A stretch of DNA of 64,000 nt, taken from the NCBI GenBank assembly GCA_963817755.1, contig CAWFPB010000005.1, forward strand, positions 70,593 through 134,592, written 5' to 3'. Numbering within the stretch: the first letter of the stretch is position 1; every line of letters starts with the position of its first letter. The notes under the pieces were generated by a model, which made no database searches, had not been told where the DNA came from, and saw only the letters and a program-made list of their open reading frames with translations. Position numbers and translations under genes: made by a program. Of this stretch, positions 19,637 through 29,287 are shown piece after piece. The stretch is from an uncultured Gammaproteobacteria bacterium (GTDB lineage: Bacteria > Pseudomonadota > Gammaproteobacteria > Xanthomonadales > Rhodanobacteraceae).

Positions 19637-20353
19637 ATGCCCGACCTGTCCGTGGTCGTGCCCGTGTTCAACGAGCGCGACAACATTCCTCCGCTGCTGG
19701 CCGAAATCGCCGCTGCCCTGCGCGACTCGGTCGACTACGAGGTGATCTACGTCGACGACGACAGCGACGACGACAGCCGGGCCGTGCTGGCGGCGCAGAA
19801 GGCCGAACACCCGGAACTGCGCGCGCTGCACCACGTCACCCGCAGCGGCCAGAGCACCGCGGTGCGCAGCGGCGTGAAGGCCGCGCGCGGCGCCTGGATC
19901 GCCACGCTGGACGGCGACGGCCAGAACGATCCGGCCGACATCCCCAAGCTGATCGCCGAGCGCGAAGCCGCCGATGCGAAGGTGAAGCTGTTCGCCGGTT
20001 GGCGCGTGGACCGCAAGGACACCATGAGCAAGCGCCTGGGCTCGCGCTTCGCCAATGCCCTGCGCAGCCGCCTGCTGCGCGACGAGACCCCGGACACCGG
20101 CTGCGGCATCAAGCTGTTCGAGCGTGCCGCGTTCCTGGACCTGCCCTACTTCGACCACATGCACCGCTACCTGCCGGCGCTGATGCAGCGCGCCGGATGG
20201 AAGGTGAAATCGGTCCCGGTGCACCATCGCCCACGCAACGCCGGCCATTCCAAGTACACCAACCTGGGGCGCGCCATCGTCGGCATCTCCGACCTGCGTG
20301 GCGTGGCCTGGCTGATCCGGCGCTCGAAGCGGACCGAGGTGGAAGAGGATTGA
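19637..20353 (+). CDS. GT2 polyprenol-phosphate glycosyltransferase (Dpm1/ArnC-like)
   Basis: SVVVPVFNERDNI, YVDDDSDD, GQSTA, TLDGDGQNDPADIP, DTGCGIKLF. Confidence 0.88.
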   Translation: MPDLSVVVPVFNERDNIPPLLAEIAAALRDSVDYEVIYVDDDSDDDSRAVLAAQKAEHPELRALHHVTRSGQSTAVRSGVKAARGAWIATLDGDGQNDPADIPKLIAEREAADAKVKLFAGWRVDRKDTMSKRLGSRFANALRSRLLRDETPDTGCGIKLFERAAFLDLPYFDHMHRYLPALMQRAGWKVKSVPVHHRPRNAGHSKYTNLGRAIVGISDLRGVAWLIRRSKRTEVEED

Positions 20354-20393
20354 GGGACGAGGGACAAGGGTGCCTCAGCCCCACCGATCCTGG

Positions 20394-20507
20394 GGGAGCG
20401 CCGTGAGGCGCGAAGATGCGTGCACATTCGGCCCGGGAAAGGTAGGCCTTGCCGCGTTGCCGATCGCACCACGGGCATTCCCTCCGGTCACGCCTCACGG
20501 CGCTCCC
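20394..20507. repeat. REP doublet (REPIN-like inverted pair)
   Basis: GGGAGCGCCGTGAGGCG at 20394-20410 and its exact reverse complement at 20491-20507. The minus-strand copy reads GTGGGAGCGCC-GTGA-GGCGT, a GTRG-type REP with internal hairpin. Confidence 0.7.
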
Positions 20508-20569
20508 ACAGGCCCACAGACCCACAGGCATTTCGCCAGCGAAGGACAGGCGATACTCGCTCCTGGCCC

Positions 20570-21556
20570 CTAGTCCCTGGCCCCTGACGGGCCAGCCTCC
20601 GCGTCCGGCCCGTCGACGCTGCCACGGTCCGGCACGCTCGCCTGCAACCCGTGCAGGCGCCGCGGGTGCCAGGCGTCGAGGATGTCGCCGGCATGGGTGC
20701 GGCCGTACTCGATCAGTTCGCGCGCGCGATGGAACTCGTAGGCCATCGACACGTTGGCCGGCATCTCGATCAGCAGGTCCGGCTGGTAGGCCGCCAGGCG
20801 CAACTGCGACATGCTCGACTGCATCAGATCCAGCGCCTGGGACAGCAGCTCCAGCGCGCCGGCCTCGTGCGGCCGGAGGGACTTGTCCGCCTTGTCCCCG
20901 TTCCCCGGCACCAGCTTGCCGATAAACTCGAGGATGCGCTGGCTGTAGCCATTTGCTTCATCCAGCTCGCGGGAGTCCGCGTCGACGGGGCCATCGTGGA
21001 CTTCCGGCCCGTTCACGCCGACCGCGATCATGTAGTCCCACGACGCACCCAGCAACGGGGTCACCGGCAACGGGTTGAGCAGGCCGCCATCGACCAGACG
21101 GCGACCGTCGATGTAGTGCGGACGGAACACCGAGGGAATGGCAATCGAGGCACGGATGGCGTCGAACAGCGGCCCCCGGGTCAGCCAGATCTCGCGGCGC
21201 TGGTCGATGTCGGTGGCGACCGCGGTGAACTGCATCGGCAGGTCCTCGATATCGACTTCCCCGATCAGTTCGCGCAACGTCTCGATGATGCGCTCGCCCT
21301 TGATCAGGCCGCCGCCGCTCAGGGTCCAGTCGACCAGGCGCAGCACGTCGATGCGCGCAAGCGAACGCACCCAGTCGCGGTACACGTCGAGCTTGCCGGC
21401 AGCGTAGATGCCGCCAAGCAGCGCGCCCATGGAACTGCCGGAGATGGCCACGATGTCGAAGCCGCGTCGCTCCAGTTCCTCGATCACGCCGATGTAGGTC
21501 AGCCCCTTGGCCCCGCCGGCGCCCAGCGCCAAGGCGATGCGTGGACGGTCGGTCAT
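20570..21556 (-). CDS. Patatin-like phospholipase (RssA/NTE-type)
   Basis: ALGAGGAKG oxyanion loop, GSSMG nucleophile, VDGGLLNP (DGG). Confidence 0.92.
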   Translation of the reverse strand: MTDRPRIALALGAGGAKGLTYIGVIEELERRGFDIVAISGSSMGALLGGIYAAGKLDVYRDWVRSLARIDVLRLVDWTLSGGGLIKGERIIETLRELIGEVDIEDLPMQFTAVATDIDQRREIWLTRGPLFDAIRASIAIPSVFRPHYIDGRRLVDGGLLNPLPVTPLLGASWDYMIAVGVNGPEVHDGPVDADSRELDEANGYSQRILEFIGKLVPGNGDKADKSLRPHEAGALELLSQALDLMQSSMSQLRLAAYQPDLLIEMPANVSMAYEFHRARELIEYGRTHAGDILDAWHPRRLHGLQASVPDRGSVDGPDAEAGPSGARD

Positions 21557-21608
21557 GGGCCGCTGTCCAACGGAATGTCCGGCGTCGTTCATGCGCTCCT
21601 CCTGCGAC

Positions 21609-22592
21609 TCAGCGCGGCGGCGACTGGTACACGCCCTGGGCCAGCTGCAGCAGGATCTTCATCTCCTCGCGCAGCGGCGCCGGGGCCACCACCTCGGCGT
21701 CGGGCCCGTACTTGAGCACGTCCATCAGCAGCTCGCGCGAATTGGAATACGGCAGCTTCAGTTCGTAGCGCCCGTCCGGCAACCACTGGCCCTGCTGCTG
21801 TGAATGCCAGTGCTCGTCGGCGACCCAGCGCGCCGCGTGCCGGGAAAAACGCAGCGTGGCCGTGGCCTTGGGCGTGCCGGCAAAGATGCCGTAGCTGGAG
21901 GCCAGGCTGTCGTTGAGCTCGGCTTCGGCGACCTCGTGCGCGGGTTCGTCCAGGGCATGCGCGTCGGTGATGCGGTCGACGGCGAAGCTGCGCAGGGCCT
22001 CACGGTCGTGGTCCCAGGCATCCAGATACCAGTTGTCGCGGTAGTGGGTCAGGCGCTGCGGCGAGACCAAACGGCGGCTCTCCGCATCGGTGGTGCGCGC
22101 ACGGTAGCGGAAGCGCAGCCGGGTGCGCTCGAGCACCGCGCCGGCGACCACGCGGAAGGCGTGCTGGTCAAGCTTGCGCGCACCGTAGTTGATCACGCGG
22201 ATGCGCTCGACCGGCAGCTTCTTGCCGCCGGCATGGTCGGCCAGCAGGCGCTCGATGCGCGAGGTGATCGGCGCCAGCGCACCCGACAGTACGCCGGGAT
22301 CGGAACGCTGCACCAGCGCCTGCAGGGCCATCAGTGCCGACAATTCGTCGGAGGTCAGCCACAGGCCGGGCAGCTCGAAGCGATCGCCCTCGCCGGCCTC
22401 GTAGCGGAACGCCGCATGCTCGCCGCCGGCGCTCTCCACCGGCGCGCCCAAAGCGTCGCGCAGGAAGGCGATGTCGCGGTACAGGGTGGCCCTCGAGCAC
22501 GACAGCTCGTCCATCAGGCGCGAAAGGGTGACCGGATAACGGGCCGACTTGAGCAGCCTGTGCAGGGTGAGAATGCGTTCGTATCGATCCAT
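21609..22592 (-). CDS. YafY-family HTH-WYL-WCX transcriptional regulator
   Basis: N-terminal wHTH (LSCSRATLYRDIAFLRD), SPQRLTHYRDNWYLDAWDH...RSFAVDRI, WCX ARWVADEHWH. Confidence 0.92.
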   Translation of the reverse strand: MDRYERILTLHRLLKSARYPVTLSRLMDELSCSRATLYRDIAFLRDALGAPVESAGGEHAAFRYEAGEGDRFELPGLWLTSDELSALMALQALVQRSDPGVLSGALAPITSRIERLLADHAGGKKLPVERIRVINYGARKLDQHAFRVVAGAVLERTRLRFRYRARTTDAESRRLVSPQRLTHYRDNWYLDAWDHDREALRSFAVDRITDAHALDEPAHEVAEAELNDSLASSYGIFAGTPKATATLRFSRHAARWVADEHWHSQQQGQWLPDGRYELKLPYSNSRELLMDVLKYGPDAEVVAPAPLREEMKILLQLAQGVYQSPPR

Positions 22593-22872
22593 GGCGCGTT
22601 CCCGCAGGTCGAAGGCGTGCGCGGGCACGCCGGGTGACCCCATGCTCCCACAACCGGCAGTCGGCCGGAAGCCGCCCGCATACGGCCGTTCGGCTGCGAT
22701 TATGCGAAGATCGGGGTTCCCCGCGTGCGCATCGGCGCTTGCGCCGCCCCCGCGGTGCATGGCACAGGTACGTTTGCACGCATCCCACGATTCGCACGAG
22801 ACACCGCCCGACCGTGAGCACGCCCGCCCTGCCCGACATCCACACCACGCCCGTACCGCGGGAGCCGGCCCC

Positions 22873-24642
22873 ATGACCTGGCAGGCCTGGGCCACGGTGG
22901 CCGTGATCGTGTCCGCGATGGCGCTGTTCGCCAGCGAGCGCGTGCGCATCGACGTGGTCGCGCTGCTGGCACTGGCCGTGCTGGCCGTGCTCGGCATCGT
23001 CACCCCGGCCGAGGCGCTGGCCGGCTTCAGCAACGAGGCCACGGTCACGGTGGCGGCAATGTTCGCGCTGAGCCTGGGCATCGAGCGTTCCGGCCTGCTC
23101 GAGCCACTGGCGCGCATGCTGACCCGCATCCGCAAGCCCTGGCTGCTGACCCTGGCCATGATGCTGGTGATCGCGCCGCTGGGCGCGTTCATCAAGAACA
23201 TCGCCCTGGTCGCCACCTTCCTGCCGCTGGCCCTGCGGGTGTGCCAGCAGACCCGCACCTCGCCCTCGCGCGTGCTCATGCCCATGGCCTATGCGGCGCA
23301 GATGGGAGGCGTGTGCACGCTGATCGGCACGTCCTCCAACCTGCTCGCCGACAGCCTGGCGCGCGAGGGTGGCCTGCCCGGCTTCAGCGTGTTCGAATTC
23401 ACCGGCCTGGGGGCGCTGCTGGCGGTGGCCGGCATCGCCTACCTGATGCTGTTCGGTCGCTGGCTGCTGCCGCGCGACAGCCAGTTGCCGCGCGAGCAGA
23501 GCGAGGAAGTGGGCAAGTACGTCACCGAGCTGCGCGTGACCGAGAAGTCACCGCTGGTCGACCAGACCATCGCCGACGCGGTGCTCGGCGAGAACCACGG
23601 CGTGTACCCGCTGGAACTGCTGCGCGGCGAACGCCGCATGTGGTCGCCGCGCTCGCAGAAGTTGCAGGTCGGCGACGTGCTGCTGGTGCGCGGCAGCTGG
23701 GACAAGATCGAGACCTTCCGCAACCGCGCCAACCTGGAGAACGCGCCCGAGGCGCGCTACGCCAACACCCGTAGCGACAAGCCGCGGGTGATGGCCGAGG
23801 TGATGGTCGCCCCGGCCAGTCCGATCGAGGGCCACCGCCTGGGCGGAACCGCGCTCAACTGGCGCTACGAGGCCACCGTGCTGGCCATTCACCGCCGCGG
23901 CCACATTCTGCGCGACAAGCTCAGCAACGTGCCGCTGGCGATCGGTGACGTGCTGATGGTGCTGGTCGACGAGGCCACCATGCCGCGCCTGCGCAACGAC
24001 GAGAACTTCATCGTGCTCAGCCAGCGCGAGAGCCCGCGGCCGATCCCGCGCAAGGCGGTGATGGCGGTTGCCATCATGGCGGCCGTGGTGCTGGTGTCGG
24101 CCCTGAAGCTGCTGCCGATCCCGATCGCCGCGGTCTGTGGCGCGGCGGCCATGGCGCTGACCGGCTGCTTCGGCACCAAGGACGTCTACGAAGGCATGGA
24201 CTGGAAGATCATCGTGCTGCTGGGCGCGATCCTGCCGCTGGGCACGGCGATCCAGAACACCGGCCTCTCGCACACCGTGGTCGAAGGCGCCATGCACCTG
24301 GTCGGCACCCACAGCCCGCTGGCCGCGCTGCTGATGGTCTACCTGCTGACCGCGCTGCTGACCGAGCTGATGGGCCACAACCCCTCGGTGGTGCTGATGG
24401 TGGGGATCGCGATCTCGGTGGCGCACGCCATCGACGCCAGCCCGACGCCGTTCGTGGTGGCCGTGGCCTTCGCCGCCGCAACCTCGTTCGCCACGCCCGT
24501 CGGCTACCCGACCAACACCATGGTCTACTACGCCGGCGGCTATCGGTTCACGGACTTCATGAAGGTCGGCATCCCGCTGATCGCGCTGTTCTGTGCGCTT
24601 TCGATGTGGTTGATCCCGCTTTTCTGGCCGTTCCATCCCTGA
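22873..24642 (+). CDS. SLC13/CitMHS-like permease with two TrkA-C domains
   Basis: ALAGFSNEATVTVAAMF, GGVCTLIGTSSNLL, central RCK_C repeats, SFATPVGYPTNTMV. Confidence 0.9.
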   Translation: MTWQAWATVAVIVSAMALFASERVRIDVVALLALAVLAVLGIVTPAEALAGFSNEATVTVAAMFALSLGIERSGLLEPLARMLTRIRKPWLLTLAMMLVIAPLGAFIKNIALVATFLPLALRVCQQTRTSPSRVLMPMAYAAQMGGVCTLIGTSSNLLADSLAREGGLPGFSVFEFTGLGALLAVAGIAYLMLFGRWLLPRDSQLPREQSEEVGKYVTELRVTEKSPLVDQTIADAVLGENHGVYPLELLRGERRMWSPRSQKLQVGDVLLVRGSWDKIETFRNRANLENAPEARYANTRSDKPRVMAEVMVAPASPIEGHRLGGTALNWRYEATVLAIHRRGHILRDKLSNVPLAIGDVLMVLVDEATMPRLRNDENFIVLSQRESPRPIPRKAVMAVAIMAAVVLVSALKLLPIPIAAVCGAAAMALTGCFGTKDVYEGMDWKIIVLLGAILPLGTAIQNTGLSHTVVEGAMHLVGTHSPLAALLMVYLLTALLTELMGHNPSVVLMVGIAISVAHAIDASPTPFVVAVAFAAATSFATPVGYPTNTMVYYAGGYRFTDFMKVGIPLIALFCALSMWLIPLFWPFHP

Positions 24643-24757
24643 ACGGGTGCCGATCCGCACTGGCCGCTCCCGGGAACGATGCCGTACCCTTTGCGGGCGC
24701 GGAGTCGCTGCCGCGCATCTCGCCCACCCACCCCCGATCCACGACGGAACGCATCCC

Positions 24758-25588
24758 ATGAACGACGTTTCACGACTGCTTTTCGCCCTGCTCCTGGCCC
24801 TTCCGCTGGCCGCCATGGCCCAGGATCACCCCGCACCCGGCTCCGCCATTCCCTCCGGCAAGGACAACAGCGGCGGCTGGTCGGGCAGCGGCGAATTCGG
24901 CTACGCCGCGGCCAACGGCAATTCGCACACCGAGAACCTCAACGCCAAGCTCAGCCTCAAGCAGGAAAACGAGCTGTGGAAAAACAACTTCTACCTGACC
25001 GGGCTGCGTTCGAAGGGCAACGTGAACGTGACCGACGCCAATGGCAACACCATCACCCAGTTCACGACCACCGCCAACCGCTACGAGGCCGGCGCCTCGG
25101 TCGGCTACAAGTTCAGCCCGCGCAGCTACCTGGTGACCGCCGCACGCTACGACCACGACAGCTTCGGTTCCAACCTGTGGCAGGGCGTGGTGTCGGTCGG
25201 CTACGGATACATCGCGCTGAAGACCGCCAGGACCGAGCTGTCGTTCGAGGCCGGCCCCGGTTACAAGCGCTATCGCCCGGCCGACCAGAGCGTCCTGATC
25301 AACGGGCAGACCGTCCACGTGCCCTCGCCGATCAAGGACGAGGCCGTGGTGCGAGCGCTGGTCAACTGGAAATACCAGATCACGCTCAACACCAAGTTCG
25401 AGAACACGCTGCTGATCGAAGCAGGCTCCAGCAACCGCTACTACCAGAACGATGCCGGGCTTTCGGTCAACATGACCCAGAAGCTGGCGCTGAAGCTGGG
25501 TTACCAGGTGCGCTACAACTCCAACGTGGAGCCGGGGATCAAGAACAAGGACGAGCTGTTCACCACCAACCTGGTCTACAACTTCTGA
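24758..25588 (+). CDS. DUF481/YdiY-family outer-membrane beta-barrel
   Basis: Signal peptide, WSGSGEFGYAAANGNS, alternating beta strands, TTNLVYNF terminus. Confidence 0.85.
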   Translation: MNDVSRLLFALLLALPLAAMAQDHPAPGSAIPSGKDNSGGWSGSGEFGYAAANGNSHTENLNAKLSLKQENELWKNNFYLTGLRSKGNVNVTDANGNTITQFTTTANRYEAGASVGYKFSPRSYLVTAARYDHDSFGSNLWQGVVSVGYGYIALKTARTELSFEAGPGYKRYRPADQSVLINGQTVHVPSPIKDEAVVRALVNWKYQITLNTKFENTLLIEAGSSNRYYQNDAGLSVNMTQKLALKLGYQVRYNSNVEPGIKNKDELFTTNLVYNF

Positions 25589-25638
25589 AGCCGGCGGCTG
25601 CCCGGCCCGAGGTCATCGTGTCCCGCGCCGGGCCGTCC

Positions 25639-26577
25639 TCAGGACGCCGGCGTACCGGCGTGCGGCTCGAGGAATTCGGCCGCGCCCTGGTCCAGCAGCA
25701 TCTGTGCGACCTCGCGACCCAGCGCCGCTGAAGCCTCCAGGCCAGCTTCGGCCGAGGCCCGCAGCACGCGGCCGCTGGCGACATCGCCGACCAGGCCGCT
25801 CAGGTGAAGCCCGTTTTCGCCGACCACGCACCACGCGCCCACCGGCACCGTGCAGCTGCCGCCCAGGGCCGCGTTCATGGCGCGCTCGGCGGCGACGGCG
25901 CGGCGCGTCTCGGCGTCGTCCAGCGTCGCGAGCAGCTCGGCCGTACGCGTATCGCCCTCGCGCAGTTCGATGGCGATGGCCGCCTGGCCCGGCGCCGGCA
26001 GCCAGGCCGGTGCATGCATGCGCGAGCGGATGCGCTCACCCATGCCCAGCCGCTCCAGTCCGGCGCAGGCCAGGATGATGGCGTCGTACTTGCCGTCATC
26101 CAACTTGGCCAGGCGCGTGTTGACGTTGCCACGCAGGTCGGCGATCTCCAGGTCCGGCCGCAGCGCGCGCAACTGCGCGGCGCGACGCAGCGAGGAAGTG
26201 CCCACACGGGCGCCCTCGGGCAATTCGGATACGCGTGCGTGCCGGTTGCTGACGAAGGCGTCGGCGGCATCGGCCCGCGGCAGGATCGCGCCGATCGCAA
26301 AGCCCGGCTCCAGTGCCGCCGGCATGTCCTTCAGCGAATGCACGGCGATGTCGGCGCGGCGCTCGAGCATGGCCACTTCCAGCTCCTTCAGGAACAGCCC
26401 CTTGCCGCCGATACGCGACAGCGGCTTGTCCAGTACCTGGTCGCCGCGGGTGCTCATGGGCACCAGTTCCACCGCCAGCTGCGGATGCGTCTGGCGCAGC
26501 AGCGCGGCGACATGTTCGGCCTGCCACAGGGCAAGCGCGCTCTTGCGGGTGGCGATGCGCAGGGTAGCAACGGTCAT
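25639..26577 (-). CDS. hemC: Porphobilinogen deaminase
   Basis: [53 protein letters not shown]. Confidence 0.97.
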   Translation of the reverse strand: MTVATLRIATRKSALALWQAEHVAALLRQTHPQLAVELVPMSTRGDQVLDKPLSRIGGKGLFLKELEVAMLERRADIAVHSLKDMPAALEPGFAIGAILPRADAADAFVSNRHARVSELPEGARVGTSSLRRAAQLRALRPDLEIADLRGNVNTRLAKLDDGKYDAIILACAGLERLGMGERIRSRMHAPAWLPAPGQAAIAIELREGDTRTAELLATLDDAETRRAVAAERAMNAALGGSCTVPVGAWCVVGENGLHLSGLVGDVASGRVLRASAEAGLEASAALGREVAQMLLDQGAAEFLEPHAGTPAS

Positions 26578-26672
26578 GCGGGATCCGGATCCGGCGCGCC
26601 CATGGCCAGGGCGCAAAGGCCCATTCTAGCGGGCCGGCCGCCGGCGCCTCCAGCGGCGCTCGGCCGCACCGG

Positions 26673-27386
26673 TCAGTCGCCATCCCCGCGCAGGCGACGG
26701 CGGACCGCCGGGAGGTTGCGGCGGCTGACCTCCGGCGTCTGCTCGCTGCCGGCCAGTCGCACCACGGTGCGTCCGTCCTCCAGGGTGCGCAGGCCCAGCA
26801 GCCGCGCGACGGAGACCAGGCAATTGCGATGCACGCGCAGCAGGTGCTCGGGCCAGGCCTGTTCGAGCTGGCGCAGGGAATCCTCGATCAGGGCCTGCCC
26901 CCGTTCGTGGTGCACGGTGACGTACTTGTCGTCGGCCTGCAGGCAGATCACCTCGGACAAGGGGATGCGCTGCTGTTCGTCGCGCGAGCGCACGGTCAGC
27001 GCCGGCACGCTGCCGCCGGCCGGCCGCACCATCCGGCGACGCGCGCGTTCGAGCGCCTCGCGCAGCCGTTCCAGGCGCACCGGCTTGAGCAGGTAATCGA
27101 CCACCCCCAGCTCGAAGGCACGCGTGGCGTACTGTTCGTAGGCGGTGCAGAACACCACCTGCGGCGGTGCCGGAAGCTGTGCCAGCCGGCGTGCCAGTTC
27201 GGTGCCGTCCAGGCCGGGCATGTTGATGTCCAGCAGCAGCAGGTCCGGATGGTGCTCGGCGCAGGCAGAGAGCGCGTCCTCGCCATCGGCGACGCTGGCC
27301 ACCGCGTCGACGTCGTCGCATTCACCCAGCAGTGCGGCCAGGCGAGCGCGGGCCAGCGGTTCGTCGTCGACGATGACCACCTTCAT
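26673..27386 (-). CDS. algR: LytTR-family response regulator (AlgR-like)
   Basis: VDDEPLARARL, LLLDINMPG, DYLLKPVR, LytTR ADDKYV...LRVHRNCLV; upstream of hemC as in Pseudomonas. Confidence 0.85.
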   Translation of the reverse strand: MKVVIVDDEPLARARLAALLGECDDVDAVASVADGEDALSACAEHHPDLLLLDINMPGLDGTELARRLAQLPAPPQVVFCTAYEQYATRAFELGVVDYLLKPVRLERLREALERARRRMVRPAGGSVPALTVRSRDEQQRIPLSEVICLQADDKYVTVHHERGQALIEDSLRQLEQAWPEHLLRVHRNCLVSVARLLGLRTLEDGRTVVRLAGSEQTPEVSRRNLPAVRRRLRGDGD

Positions 27387-28435
27387 GCCTCGCCCCTCGG
27401 CAGGCATACCGTGACCACGAAGCGCGCCTCGCCGGCCTCGATGTCGAGCCGTCCGCGTACGCCGTAATGGTAGGCGATGCGCCGGCGCACGCTGTCCAGG
27501 CCGTGGCCGTGGCCGTCGTCCCCTTCGTCCTCCAGTGCTGCCGTGGCGGTGGATGGCATGGGGTTGTCGATCACGATGCGCAACTCGCGCGCGTCGCACG
27601 CACCGGTCAGGCGCACCGTGCCGCCCTCGCGCCGCGGCGCGATGCCGTGGCGGATGGCGTTCTCCACCAGCGGCTGCAGCAGCAGGCGCGGCAGGTTGTA
27701 CTCGGCGGGAAGGTCGGCCAGGTCGCGCTCTACCCGCAGCCGATCCCCCAGACGCAGCTGCTCGATGTCCAGGTAGCGGCCGACCAGGGCCAGTTCCTCG
27801 CCCAGGGTACCCTCGCCTTCGCTGGCCAGCGCGGCGCGGAACAGGTCGGCCAGGTCCTCGACGGTGCGCTCGGCAGCGCCGGGATCGACGCGCACCAGCG
27901 CCGCCACGGTATTCATGCTGTTGAACAGGAAATGCGGGCGGATGCGCGCCTGCAGCGCCTGCACCTGGGCGCGCGTCACCGCCGCCAGCCGCGCTCGCCA
28001 TTGCGCCAGCACGTAGAAGTAGCGCAGCAGGGCGGCATCGATCAGCGCCACCACCACGCCATTGGTGAGCGTGAAGCGGGCGGTCGTCTCGCGGGTCAGG
28101 CCCATGGCCAGGCTATGGTCGATCCAGCCGATCAGCACGCTGAGCAGCACGGTCAGCCCCACCATCCATGCCCAGGTAGCAAGGTACGGAAAGACACCCG
28201 GCAGCCGTTCCATCCACGGCCGCAACTTGCACACCGTGACGGCCAGCACCACCGACAGCCACACCGCGAACAGCATGCCGACGCTGAAACCGCGCCAACT
28301 GGGGGCGTGGCCCGGGGCCAGCTGCATCACGGTGACGGCAAGCGCACCCACCAGGACCAGCGCGAACAGGCCCTGCGCGCTGCACAGGTCGGGCAGCGGC
28401 ACGGGCTCGTGATCGCGGAATGTCCGGCGGTTCAT
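27383..28435 (-). CDS. LytS-type sensor histidine kinase (AlgZ/FimS-like)
   Basis: TM region, LQARIRPHFLFNSMNT, EQLRLGDRL, LQPLVENAIRHG, GHGLDSVRRR. Start at 28435 or 28471. Confidence 0.9.
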   Translation of the reverse strand: MNRRTFRDHEPVPLPDLCSAQGLFALVLVGALAVTVMQLAPGHAPSWRGFSVGMLFAVWLSVVLAVTVCKLRPWMERLPGVFPYLATWAWMVGLTVLLSVLIGWIDHSLAMGLTRETTARFTLTNGVVVALIDAALLRYFYVLAQWRARLAAVTRAQVQALQARIRPHFLFNSMNTVAALVRVDPGAAERTVEDLADLFRAALASEGEGTLGEELALVGRYLDIEQLRLGDRLRVERDLADLPAEYNLPRLLLQPLVENAIRHGIAPRREGGTVRLTGACDARELRIVIDNPMPSTATAALEDEGDDGHGHGLDSVRRRIAYHYGVRGRLDIEAGEARFVVTVCLPRGEA

Positions 28436-28492
28436 GGGCTCATCGTCCCTGCACTTGCGCATCCGGCGCAAGCATCGGTCTGGCCCGGGCCG

Positions 28493-29188
28493 TCAGCCGC
28501 TGACGGCCGCCGCGGCATCGGCGCAGCCCAGGCGCGGCCCCAGCCAGGACTTCAGGTCGGCGATTTCCTCGCCGCTGACCTGGTGGGCCATCGGGTAGCT
28601 GTGCCAGTCGACGGCATAGCCCAGGGCCTGTAGCGCATCGCGGGAGTGCTCGCCCAGTGCCTGCGGCACCACCGGATCCTGGCTGCCGTGGCCCCAGAAG
28701 ATCGGGGTGTCGGCATGGGCCGGGCTGCGCTCGCCGGCCAGGGCGTCGGCCAGCGGCAGGTAGGTGGACAGGGCAACGATGCCGGCCAGCCGCTGCTCCA
28801 GGCGCAGGCCCAGGCTGAGCGCGATCGCACCACCTTGCGAGAAACCGGCCAGCACGATGCGCTCGGTCGGCACGCCGCGCTCGTTTTCGCGCTCGATCAG
28901 CGCCTGGACCGCCTGCATGGAGGCACGGATGCCGGCCTCGTCCTGCTTGTCGGCGATGTCCATGCCCTTGATGTCGTACCACGCGCGCATGGCCATGCCG
29001 CCGTTGACCGTCACCGGCATCACCGGCGCGTGCGGGAACACGAAGCGCAGCGGCGGCCAGTCCGGCGCGCTCAGCACCGGGATGATGGGCACGAAATCAT
29101 TGCCGTCGGCACCCAGGCCGTGCAGCCAGATCACGCTGTGGGTGGGATGGTCGGTACTGGATTTTTCTACGGTTTCAAGCAACGGCAT
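28493..29188 (-). CDS. Phospholipase/carboxylesterase (alpha/beta hydrolase)
   Basis: VIWLHGLGADG, MRAWYDI, GFSQGG, HGSQDPVV, YPMAHQV. Confidence 0.92.
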   Translation of the reverse strand: MPLLETVEKSSTDHPTHSVIWLHGLGADGNDFVPIIPVLSAPDWPPLRFVFPHAPVMPVTVNGGMAMRAWYDIKGMDIADKQDEAGIRASMQAVQALIERENERGVPTERIVLAGFSQGGAIALSLGLRLEQRLAGIVALSTYLPLADALAGERSPAHADTPIFWGHGSQDPVVPQALGEHSRDALQALGYAVDWHSYPMAHQVSGEEIADLKSWLGPRLGCADAAAAVSG

Positions 29189-29249
29189 CGTTCTTCACGG
29201 ACTGGGGACTTGAAGGGGAGCTTAGCAGCGGTGGATGACACCTCGTCCG

Positions 29250-29281
29250 CTGCGGCACCGTCCCTGTGAACGGTGCCGCAG
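29250..29281. other. Perfect 12-bp hairpin just downstream of the prolyl oligopeptidase gene
   Basis: CTGCGGCACCGT-ccctgtga-ACGGTGCCGCAG; no U-tract, so a stabilising or processing hairpin is more likely than a classic terminator. Confidence 0.5.
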
Positions 29282-29287
29282 TGGCGA

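Noticed and set aside
20570-22592. WYL plus patatin as a CBASS or other anti-phage system
   Set aside because: No CD-NTase, Cap, STAND NTPase or nuclease nearby; GC content is chromosomal. Kept only as a low-interest regulatory finding.
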